The notes under the pieces: generated by a model
What the model saw: the letters and a program-made list of their open reading frames with translations, nothing else
Told to the model about the DNA's origin: nothing
Databases searched by the model: none
Shown here: piece by piece, positions 11,511-22,800 of the stretch
Numbering within the stretch: position 1 is the first letter of the stretch
Layout: every line of letters begins with the position of its first letter
Made by a program: the position numbers and the translations under genes
Assembly: GCF_009734345.1 (NCBI RefSeq)
Contig: NZ_CP032551.1
Coordinates: 990,001-1,022,000, forward strand
Length of the DNA stretch: 32,000 nt
Direction of reading: 5' to 3'
From: Pseudidiomarina andamanensis
Lineage (GTDB): Bacteria; Pseudomonadota; Gammaproteobacteria; Enterobacterales; Alteromonadaceae

Positions 11511-11549
11511 CGCACGACACTCCAATAAAGACAAGATAATCGTTTGAAA

Positions 11550-11626
11550 TGGCGGAGCGGACGGGACTCGAACCCGCGACCCCCGGCGTGACAGGCCGGT
11601 ATTCTAACCAACTGAACTACCGCTCC
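11550..11626 (-). tRNA. tRNA-Asp (anticodon GTC), copy 1
   Basis: The reverse complement GGAGCGGTAGTTCAGTTGGTTAGAATACCGGCCTGTCACGCCGGGGGTCGCGGGTTCGAGTCCCGTCCGCTCCGCCA is near-identical to E. coli tRNA-Asp. 77 nt with encoded CCA. Confidence 0.95.
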
Positions 11627-11655
11627 GCAGCGGTATGAAACCAATTTCAGGAAAG

Positions 11656-11732
11656 TGGCGGAGCGGACGGGACTCGAACCCGCGACCCCCGGCGTGACAG
11701 GCCGGTATTCTAACCAACTGAACTACCGCTCC
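11656..11732 (-). tRNA. tRNA-Asp (anticodon GTC), copy 2
   Basis: Sequence identical to copy 1, separated from it by a 29-nt spacer. Confidence 0.95.
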
Positions 11733-11782
11733 GCTTTCCTGATTCCGAGTTTCCCGGATGGGTCCCCCTGAATGCGGAGCGA

Positions 11783-11811
11783 ATATTACGAGCGCCAGAT
11801 TCTATCGTCAA
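11783..11811 (-). promoter_or_regulatory. Sigma70 promoter of the tRNA-Asp tandem (stable-RNA type)
   Basis: Minus strand reads TTGACG (11806-11811), a 17-nt spacer, then TAATAT (11783-11788). A GC-rich discriminator TCGCTCCGC follows, and an A-rich UP-like tract (AAAAGTTGAAAAAAAAGG) precedes. The -10 lies about 50 nt upstream of the tRNA 5' end. Confidence 0.6.
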
Positions 11812-11876
11812 CCTTTTTTTTCAACTTTTGATTCGTTTGCCTGAAAAACCATCAAAACTGGCAAAAAGTAGAGCTT

Positions 11877-12563
11877 TTATGACCAAATATGATTTTGAAT
11901 AAGCTGCAATCGAGCTTGATGTTGTTGCTCTTCTTCTGCCGTTGCGTTCACGACTTTCAACGGTGGCTTATTCTCTATTCGTGTCCAGCCGCTAGTTTGT
12001 GCACCTTGCGAATTTATGTTTTTTGCTGCCAACTCGAGTTTGGTCTGCCCCCCTGTCATAAACAGGTAAACATCCGCTAGTAATTCCGCATCCAAAAGTG
12101 CGCCGTGAAAGGTTCGATTCGAGTTATCAATACCGTATGCTCGACATAATGCGTCAAGATTATTCTTCTGACCCGGCCGCTTTTCGCGAGCCAACATTAA
12201 TGTATCAAGAACGGTACAGTAATCGGTTGTCTTGCCAAAGCCGTTACGCAACAGCCGAAATTCGTGGTCAATAAAGCCGACATCAAACGCCGCATTGTGA
12301 ATAACAAGCTCAGCGCCTTCAATAAAAGCGAGGAATTCATCGGCTATCTGTGCAAAAACCGGCTTATCCTCTAGAAACTCATTGGTAATACCGTGAACTT
12401 CTATCGCTTCTTGCTCGACGACGCGTTGCGGATTGATATAGACATGAAAGGTGCGACCAGTAAGTTTTCGGCGAATCACCTCGACCGCACCGATTTCGAT
12501 AATACGGTGGCCTTGTGCTGGATCTAAGCCAGTAGTTTCTGTATCGAGAATTATCTGTCGCAT
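11877..12563 (-). CDS. dnaQ: DNA polymerase III epsilon subunit (3'-5' proofreading exonuclease)
   Basis: MRQIILDTETTGLDP (ExoI), HNAAFDVGF (ExoII), HGALLDAELLADVY (ExoIII). Divergent from rnhA and followed by tRNA-Asp, as in E. coli. Confidence 0.95.
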   Translation of the reverse strand: MRQIILDTETTGLDPAQGHRIIEIGAVEVIRRKLTGRTFHVYINPQRVVEQEAIEVHGITNEFLEDKPVFAQIADEFLAFIEGAELVIHNAAFDVGFIDHEFRLLRNGFGKTTDYCTVLDTLMLAREKRPGQKNNLDALCRAYGIDNSNRTFHGALLDAELLADVYLFMTGGQTKLELAAKNINSQGAQTSGWTRIENKPPLKVVNATAEEEQQHQARLQLIQNHIWS

Positions 12564-12571
12564 GGGGATTC

Positions 12572-12641
12572 CGTTATTCGTTATTCGTTAATCGTTAATC
12601 GTTAATCGTTAATCGTTAATCGTTAATCGTTAATCGTTGTT
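12572..12641. repeat. Tandem heptanucleotide array, 10 units: 2x CGTTATT, 7x CGTTAAT, 1x CGTTGTT
   Basis: Read directly from the sequence. The seven central units (12586-12634) are perfect. The array ends 8 nt from the dnaQ ATG (12563). Confidence 0.95.
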
Positions 12642-12733
12642 AGTGTGCTTGTTTTGTTGAACTGGAACAAGTAAATACATTTAAAATTATCTAACGCACT
12701 TTAAACTACATATCTGCTAGACTCGGTTTCTCG

Positions 12734-12768
12734 AATAACTAACAACGATTAACGAATAACGAGTAACG
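12734..12768. repeat. Inverted partner array, 5 heptamer units (AATAACT AACAACG ATTAACG AATAACG AGTAACG)
   Basis: Reverse-complement orientation of the 12572-12641 units. CTAACAACGATTAACG is the exact reverse complement of CGTTAATCGTTGTTAG at 12628-12643. The array ends 5 nt from the rnhA ATG. Confidence 0.85.
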
Positions 12769-12773
12769 CTCTC

Positions 12774-13244
12774 ATGTCTAAGAAAGTACATATTTATACT
12801 GACGGCTCATGTCTCGGCAACCCGGGGCCAGGCGGATACGGCATTGTGATTGAATATGGTGAGCACAAAAAAGAACTCGCAGCTGGATACAAATTAACCA
12901 CCAATAACCGTATGGAAATGCTTGCCGCAATTAAAGGGTTAGAAGCGCTTAAACGCCCTTGCGATGTCATTCTAACCACTGACAGTCAGTACTTGCGCCA
13001 AGGCATTCAAACTTGGATTCATAATTGGAAGAAAAACGGGTGGCGTACTTCGGCCAAGAAGCCGGTTAAAAACGCTGATTTATGGCAAGCTTTAGATGCG
13101 GCAACAACGCGTCACACAATTCGTTGGGACTGGGTAAAAGGCCACAATGGCCACCCACAAAATGAACGGTGTGATGTATTAGCCCGTGCCGCGGCAGAGA
13201 GCTCAACGCTTCTTGACGACACGGGGTTTGTGCCTAGTGATTAA
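12774..13244 (+). CDS. rnhA: Ribonuclease HI
   Basis: [19 protein letters not shown]...[10 protein letters not shown]...TDSQY...[16 protein letters not shown]. 156 aa, divergent from dnaQ. Confidence 0.95.
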   Translation: MSKKVHIYTDGSCLGNPGPGGYGIVIEYGEHKKELAAGYKLTTNNRMEMLAAIKGLEALKRPCDVILTTDSQYLRQGIQTWIHNWKKNGWRTSAKKPVKNADLWQALDAATTRHTIRWDWVKGHNGHPQNERCDVLARAAAESSTLLDDTGFVPSD

Positions 13245-13640
13245 TTACTCACCGGCCACTTGCGGGTATTTCGCTTCTTCCCAAGCTTGCATACCCCCTG
13301 CAACGGAAATAACTTTGGCTTGATCAAATCCCATGCGCACTAACGACTCCGCTGCTAAAGCTGAACGCCCACCTGAACGACAAATCAAATAAAGTGGTTC
13401 GGCAGCAATTCGCTGTAGCGCATCTTCGTAGCCAGCCACTGCAGGATGTTGATTAATTTGCATTTCTAATACGCCACGCGGCATGTTCACCGCTTGACGA
13501 ATATGTCCGGCAGCAAACTCGCCCGGTTCACGAACGTCAATGACACGTGCTCCTTCAGCTATTTTTTGCTGCAATTCATGAACATCAATTTCAGATACAT
13601 TTGAGCGTGCTTGGGCACATAATTCTTGAGAACTTAACAT
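13245..13640 (-). CDS. Rhodanese-domain sulfurtransferase (single domain)
   Basis: Active-site loop CRSGGRS with a rhodanese-fold pattern. ATG at 13640 has AGGAG 6 nt upstream, overlapping the stop of the upstream methyltransferase gene. The listed 13643 start is a TTG. Confidence 0.85.
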   Translation of the reverse strand: MLSSQELCAQARSNVSEIDVHELQQKIAEGARVIDVREPGEFAAGHIRQAVNMPRGVLEMQINQHPAVAGYEDALQRIAAEPLYLICRSGGRSALAAESLVRMGFDQAKVISVAGGMQAWEEAKYPQVAGE

Positions 13641-13649
13641 CAATAACTC

Positions 13650-14396
13650 CTATTTGGGTTCTACATCAGGCGATTTCACACGATTAGCAAGCGGCAATGC
13701 GTTCACTGGTGGTTTGGCTCGTTGTTTATTTCGAACAACTGTTAATGGAAATTCTCGTTTTCTTGCGACCACATAATACATTGCGCCAACTTGTGGAATG
13801 AACCGCGATACATGTTTCAATCCGAAATTGGCGGATGCTGTTTTCGGAATCATCATGGTCGGCGCAACATAACCACAGCCAACTATTTCAAAATTTAACA
13901 GAGACAGCCAATCATTAATACGTGCTTTGCTAAAATAACGCCCACTCCAAGGCGGCTTAGACATGTTCGACGGCCACAGTCCGGTTATTGTCGCCGGACT
14001 CAATGGATTAAATCCCGCCAAAATCAAATGACCATCGGCAATCAAACTACGACTGATTTCTCTTAATACTTGGTGAGGATCTCGCTCAAATTCAAGTTGG
14101 CCAATCATCATGACACCATCAAGCACACCTTCAGCAAAGGGCCAATACTCGAGATCTGTTTGGATATCAGCCCCTTCCGTTTTTGCCGCAGAAAACTGAT
14201 GGCGAACACGTAATTCAGGCATTTCCAAGCTCTTTGATAAATGGCCAACCCGCGCTAGATAATAGCCAAAGATCTTTGCGCAATGCGGTGCCAACGCATG
14301 ACTTAATTCCTCTTTTAACCATTCACCGTGGGGCAGTTGCGACCAACTCGTAGGCGCCGCCGTAGCACTTGCCCGACGTGCAGGCATTAACATCAT
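13650..14396 (-). CDS. YafS-like SAM-dependent methyltransferase
   Basis: Resembles E. coli YafS (GFNP.S...DWLSLLNFE...VARK). Same position between rnhA and gloB as yafS in E. coli. AAGGGGG SD 6 nt upstream. Confidence 0.8.
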   Translation of the reverse strand: MMLMPARRASATAAPTSWSQLPHGEWLKEELSHALAPHCAKIFGYYLARVGHLSKSLEMPELRVRHQFSAAKTEGADIQTDLEYWPFAEGVLDGVMMIGQLEFERDPHQVLREISRSLIADGHLILAGFNPLSPATITGLWPSNMSKPPWSGRYFSKARINDWLSLLNFEIVGCGYVAPTMMIPKTASANFGLKHVSRFIPQVGAMYYVVARKREFPLTVVRNKQRAKPPVNALPLANRVKSPDVEPK

Positions 14397-14461
14397 TGCT
14401 TGCCCCCTTTATAATCTCGACCTATAAAGTGTTTATAGACATTTAACTTCTAGGTGATTTC

Positions 14462-15175
14462 ATGCATGTAGCTGCTATTCCTGCCTTTGATGATAACTAT
14501 ATTTGGGCCATTCAGCCATACGCCGGTTCTGATGCGATTATCGTTGACCCAGGCGAAGCTGAACCCGTAAGGCAATGGCTTAAAGGCCATGACATCGGCA
14601 TTATGGCGTTTTTTATCACCCACCATCACTGGGATCACACCAATGGGTTGATGGATCTGCTACGTGATTATCAGGTACCGGTTTATGGACCTCGCGGTGG
14701 CCATATCGAAGGTATAACCATACCTCTTGGCCATCTCGAACGATTTTCTGTCGACGGAGACGACCGCGCCTATACTGTTTTCACCACACCGGGCCACACA
14801 TTAGATCACATTTGCTTTTATACGCCGGGCCACGCTTTTGTCGGTGACACCTTATTTTCCGCCGGTTGTGGACGCATGTTTGAAGGAACTGCAGAACAGT
14901 TTCACAAATCTTTACAGTGCTTAGCTGAACTACCTGAGTCTACCAACGTCTATTGTGCTCATGAGTATACTGCGGCTAACTTAGAGTTTGCGCTAGCCGC
15001 AGAACCTGAAAATCAGGACATACATCAGTATAGTACTCAAGTTAAGGCACTTCGTGAACACGGTTTAAAGACGTTGCCGAGCACGATTGGCTTAGAAAAA
15101 CAAATAAATCCATTTTTGCGGGCCGCTAATGCTGATGAATTCGCACGATTACGACAGTGGAAAGACCAGTTCTAA
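14462..15175 (+). CDS. gloB: Hydroxyacylglutathione hydrolase (glyoxalase II)
   Basis: IPAFDDNYIW and the THHHWDH metallo-beta-lactamase motif. AGGTGA SD upstream. Synteny with mltD and yafS. Confidence 0.93.
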   Translation: MHVAAIPAFDDNYIWAIQPYAGSDAIIVDPGEAEPVRQWLKGHDIGIMAFFITHHHWDHTNGLMDLLRDYQVPVYGPRGGHIEGITIPLGHLERFSVDGDDRAYTVFTTPGHTLDHICFYTPGHAFVGDTLFSAGCGRMFEGTAEQFHKSLQCLAELPESTNVYCAHEYTAANLEFALAAEPENQDIHQYSTQVKALREHGLKTLPSTIGLEKQINPFLRAANADEFARLRQWKDQF

Positions 15176-15217
15176 TCCCGTAAACTGCCTGCAAATTAGA
15201 GTTTTGGAATGATGTAC

Positions 15218-16825
15218 ATGAAAAAATGGTTAGCGATAGCAATTTCCTCTGGCTTACTTAGCGGTTGTTCGGTATTACCGTGGCAAAGCGACTCCGCTGA
15301 CACCGACGTTAGTGTAAAGACGGTTCCAGAGGAACCTGTTGCTACGCCGGTCGCTGAAGCGAAACCCCATTCGCTTGAGCCTGAAGAAATTGTCAGTGAA
15401 CCTGTTGAAGTTGAGCTAACGCCACAACAAGAAGCTGATTTATGGTTTCGTATTAAGCGCCAGCTGACGTTTGAAGCACCTGAGGTTCCGCGCCTTGTCA
15501 GCCAGCGTAATTGGTACCTGAAGCACCCAACCTATATGGAGCGAGTTGCTAAACGTGCCCAACCTTTCATGTACTTAATTGTTGACGAAATTGAGCGGCG
15601 AAATATGCCTCTCGAATTAGCGCTTCTGCCAATTGTAGAGAGTGCTTTTGATCCATTTGCCTACTCGCATGGGCGCGCAGCCGGCGTTTGGCAGTTTATT
15701 CCAGGAACTGCGCGCCATTATGGCTTAGAAATCAATTGGTGGTACGACGGCCGCCGTGATGTTTATGCTGCTACCCATGCAGCGCTTGATTATCTCGATG
15801 CCCTTCAGAAACGTTTCGACGGTGATTGGTTGCACGCTCTTGCGGCATATAACTCTGGCGAAGGTCGCGTGGCGAATGCTATTCGTAAGAATAAGCGAGC
15901 TGGCAAACCAACTGATTTTTGGTCACTTGATTTGCCACGCGAAACAAGAGCCTATGTCCCGAAACTGTTGGCATTGGCTGATATTTTAAAAAATTATGAC
16001 GACTACGCACAACACTGGCTACCTATCGACAATAAGCCCTATTTAGCCATTGTCGAAGCGCAAAGCCAGATCGATTTAGCGAAAGCCGCAGAAATGGCTG
16101 AGCTCGATTTAGATACCTTGCACCATTACAACTCAGCCTATAATCGCTGGGCAACTGATCCGGTGGGTCCGCACCGCTTGTTACTACCTATTGAACACGC
16201 CGAGAAATTGCAAACTTGGTTAGCTAATGCCGATAGCAAAGACCTTGTTCAATGGACTCGTCATAAAGTGAAATCGGGTGAAAGCTTGTTAGTTATCGCG
16301 AAGCAATATCATACAACGGCAAAAGCGATTCAGCAGGCAAACAATATTTCCGGTCATATCATTCGCGCTGGCGACCACTTATTAGTGCCGATCGCTACCC
16401 GTGATCTAGATGATTACAGCCTGTCGGCAGAGCAACGATTAGTGACGAAACAGTCAGAATCTCGAGGCGCCTTTAAGGTAGAACACGAAGTTGTGCGCGG
16501 CGACACCCTTTGGGATATTAGTCGTGAATACAACGTCAACTTACGTAAATTAGCGAGTTGGAATGGCATGGCTCCGACTGACCCATTACGCCCGGGTAGA
16601 AAGCTAGTGGTGTGGTTGCCGCAGTCAGAAAAACCGTCTGGCGTTGTACGTAGCCTGAACTACAAAGTGCGCTCAGGTGATTCACTGGCACGCATTGCTT
16701 CGCGCTTCAATGTCACTATTGCCGATATTGAAAAGTGGAATCAAATTAGTAGAAGTAATTACTTGCAGCCGGGTCAGCAACTCAAACTTTATGTTGACGT
16801 GACCCGACTCAATACGCAGTCTTAA
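15218..16825 (+). CDS. mltD: Membrane-bound lytic murein transglycosylase D with C-terminal LysM repeats
   Basis: Lipobox LLSG|C. SLT-type catalytic region (ESAFDPFAYSHGRAAGVWQF...YNSGEGRV). Three LysM-like repeats (HKVKSGESLLVIAKQY..., HEVVRGDTLWDISREY..., YKVRSGDSLARIASRF...). Possible starts at 15209, 15212 and 15218. Confidence 0.9.
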   Translation: MKKWLAIAISSGLLSGCSVLPWQSDSADTDVSVKTVPEEPVATPVAEAKPHSLEPEEIVSEPVEVELTPQQEADLWFRIKRQLTFEAPEVPRLVSQRNWYLKHPTYMERVAKRAQPFMYLIVDEIERRNMPLELALLPIVESAFDPFAYSHGRAAGVWQFIPGTARHYGLEINWWYDGRRDVYAATHAALDYLDALQKRFDGDWLHALAAYNSGEGRVANAIRKNKRAGKPTDFWSLDLPRETRAYVPKLLALADILKNYDDYAQHWLPIDNKPYLAIVEAQSQIDLAKAAEMAELDLDTLHHYNSAYNRWATDPVGPHRLLLPIEHAEKLQTWLANADSKDLVQWTRHKVKSGESLLVIAKQYHTTAKAIQQANNISGHIIRAGDHLLVPIATRDLDDYSLSAEQRLVTKQSESRGAFKVEHEVVRGDTLWDISREYNVNLRKLASWNGMAPTDPLRPGRKLVVWLPQSEKPSGVVRSLNYKVRSGDSLARIASRFNVTIADIEKWNQISRSNYLQPGQQLKLYVDVTRLNTQS

Positions 16826-16828
16826 TGA

Positions 16829-19830
<3,002 letters not shown>

Positions 19831-19863
19831 AACATGCTACTCACTTGCTTATTCGTTTTTATA

Positions 19864-22800
19864 TTAGGACGCTTCGGTGAGCGCCACGGCTTCGTCAATA
19901 TCCACTGCGACTAGCCGCGAGACGCCGGCTTCTTGCATGGTAACTCCAGCCAGATGCGACGCCATCTCCATCGCTACTTTATTATGGCTGATATAAATAA
20001 ACTGAACTGTTGCGGACATTTCTTCGACAAGTCGACAGAAACGTCCAACGTTAGCATCATCCAACGGCGCATCCACTTCATCAAGTAAACAAAACGGCGC
20101 TGGATTCAATCGGAAAATCGCAAAAACTAATGATAAAGCTGTTAATGCTTTTTCACCACCAGAAAGCAGGTGAATTGTACTGTTTTTCTTACCCGGTGGT
20201 CGTGCCATGATGGTAACCCCAGTTTCGAGTAAATCATCATCAGTTAGTTCAAGATATGCACTGCCACCGCCAAACACTTTTGGAAAGAGCTCCTGAAGTC
20301 CACTATTTACGGCATCATAAGTTGTCCGAAACCGTTGTCGAGTTTCTTTATCAATTTTACGAATGGCGGTTTCTAACGTCTCTAGCGACGACGAAAGATC
20401 CTCATGTTGCTGATCAAGATATTCTTTTCGCTCCGCCAAAACTTCTGCTTCTTCAATCGCTGCCAAATTGATAGCGCCGAGGCGCTGAATCGCATTCTGC
20501 AAGCGTTCCAGCTCTGCGTGCCATGCCTTCTCATTGGCTTCTTCTGATAATTGCTCAAGAACTGGTTTCAGCGGCTGTTGCATTTCTTGCAGCACAGCTA
20601 ACACATTTCGAGTACGTTCTTGCAGTGCCGCAAGCTCCATCTGGCTACTTTGAAGTTTAACGCGAACTTTCTCAATTTGCCCCTGTACGCCTTGTGCACC
20701 GGAACTAATTTCTCGAATTTGAGCCTCTTGTTCGCTTAACTTGTTCGCCCATTCTCGGCGCTCCTCATCAACTTGTTCGCGCCGCTGAATCAGCTCTTCG
20801 AGTTGCAATGCCAGCACTTCTAGTTGTTCCTGACTATCAATATCAGGCTCGTCTATCATCGTTAGCTGCTCTTGCGCTTGCCGTTGCTGACTTTCGACTC
20901 GACTAACCAACGTCTGCAAGTGTTGCCGTTGCGATTCAATCTGTTGTATCTGAAGCACACAATCTTGATGTGCCTTTTGAACCTGACCTAATGCGGTTTG
21001 CGCTTGTTGGCGAGAAGCTTGCAACTGAGCACGACGTTCTTGCCAATCTCCGTCCTCGCCGTCTTGCTGCTGTGACTGCAATAACGCATAGTGTTCGGAT
21101 AACTCTTGATGTTCAATTTGCAGCGTTTCAAGCTGTTCTTGCAGCGAAATTTGGCGATCTTCAAGTCCTTGTTGCTTGCCTGCAAGCGCAGTCAGTTGCT
21201 GTTGTTGCCATTGCAGCTTTTCCGAACAGCTTAAATACTGCCCTTGCACATCACTTAAATGTTCTCGCTGTTGTTCGCGGCGCTGTTGCAACTCAACACT
21301 TGTTAATTTCTTCTCGCTTAAAGCGTCGTTAATGAGTGCTAGTTTCTGCTCAAGGCTCTGCAGCTCGCTCATGACAGACTGCAACTCTTGTTGCTGCGCA
21401 ATTTGGCTATTCTCAGCAGCAACTTGCGGCGCTTGATAGCCACCGGCAGACCAGCACTGACCCTCCTGATTAATCGCCGTGACCGAAGAGTCCTCATTCG
21501 CCAATTGAGCATCTGAACGACAGGTTATCTGATTGAGTAGCGGCCACTGACGCAGTGGCCCACTTAGTTGCATCGCCATACTATCTTGCGTGATTTGATG
21601 CTTTTGCAGGATGACGAGTTTTGCACCTAAATGCTGGGGCCAATGCTGTGGGCGTTCTTCCAGCACCCAAGCATCTAGCCAACCGGAAACCACTTGCTCA
21701 GTAGCTAACTGCCAAGTGTCGTTCACTTGAAGTAGCTCTCGCACTTGACCTAGTGGTTCGATGCCCTGCTCCTGTAACCATTGACTTACCGCCTGTGGCC
21801 AGTTTTCAGCTTGTGCAGCCTGCAATAAATGCTCTAGAGAACGCTGTTGTCCCAGTAACTGCTGTTGCTGGCTTTGCAATTGCTCACGCTGCACTTGCAG
21901 TTCCTCAGTTTCAGTCAAAGCCTCGGTCAATTGTGAGTCTGTCGCCTTTAACTGTTCCTGCAACTGCGCGCGAGCGGCTGACAAATCATCTAATTGTTGT
22001 TGTAACTGTGAGTCAGAAAGGTTTGCAAATTCGCGCTGAAGCTCGTCCAGTTCTTGGCGCACCCGCTGCAACTCATCTTGATGGTGTTGAATTTGGTGTT
22101 CAGCGCGTTGTTGCTGTAACTGAACCTGTTGTTGCTGATCGCGATGTTGTTGAAGCTCATTCAGGTGGCGCTGATAATCATCTTGCCATTGCATCCAAGC
22201 CTGCTCTTCGGTTTCAAGTCGCACTTGGGCTTCTTGCAACTGTTGCTCAGCAATCTCTAATTCCGGCGTGAGCAACTCACGTTGCTGTTCAAGTTCCTGC
22301 CACTGGGCCTTGTCATCCTGCAAGGTCTGTTCAAGTTGAGTCAGTTCCGCTTGCAATTGATGGCGGCGTTGCTCGCGTTGTTGCTGCTGCTGGCGAACCG
22401 CTTGCAATTCATGTTCATGGCGCGTGATATCATTACCGAGTTGATAGAACTGCTGCTGAATAGCATCCAGTTTTTGTTTGGTTTCTTCGGCTAGTTCGCG
22501 TAACTCAATAGTTCCACGTTCACTACCACGTTGCTCCGCCAACCAACGCTCAAGTTCGGTTTCTTGCTCGCGAATTGAGCTGCGAATTTGTTCGGCTTGT
22601 TGCTCTTGTGCTAACCAACGTAGCGCTTGCAATTCGGCTTTGTATTTTCGTTCTTGCGCTTTTAGGTCTTTATACCGTCTAGCTGCTGCAGCTTGGCGTT
22701 GCAGCTTATCAAGTTGAGTTCCAAGCTCATCGCGCACGTCATTCAAACGATCAAGGTTATCGCGAGTGTGCTGCATGCGATTTTCGGTTTCGCGGCGGCG

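Noticed and set aside
11535-11876. tRNA-Asp locus as an integration hotspot for a genomic island
   Set aside because: Both flanks are conserved core genes in the E. coli-like order (dnaQ upstream). I see no integrase, no direct repeat of the tRNA 3' end, and no compositional shift.
12572-12641. Possibility that the tandem array is a CRISPR or a replication iteron cluster
   Set aside because: The units are 7 bp and contiguous with no spacers, and no cas or rep genes are nearby. It is a simple-sequence microsatellite and is reported as such.
14409-14429. Inverted repeat CTTTATA-N7-TATAAAG containing TATAAT between the yafS-like gene and gloB
   Set aside because: It plausibly just reflects AT-rich divergent -10 elements. 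A 7-bp AT-only dyad in an AT-rich promoter region is weak evidence for an operator.
14450-14638. 62-aa minus-strand ORF overlapping the gloB start
   Set aside because: It overlaps the conserved gloB N-terminus (IPAFDDNYIW) on the opposite strand. The yafS-like gene already accounts for the divergent transcription unit.
20970-22717. Several long plus-strand ORFs (120 aa, 86 aa, 172 aa, 70 aa, 79 aa) antisense to smc
   Set aside because: They lie entirely inside the well-supported smc gene. They are low-complexity (A/V/L/C/S-rich), the expected mirror of CAG/GAG-rich coiled-coil coding sequence. No RBS or family resemblance.
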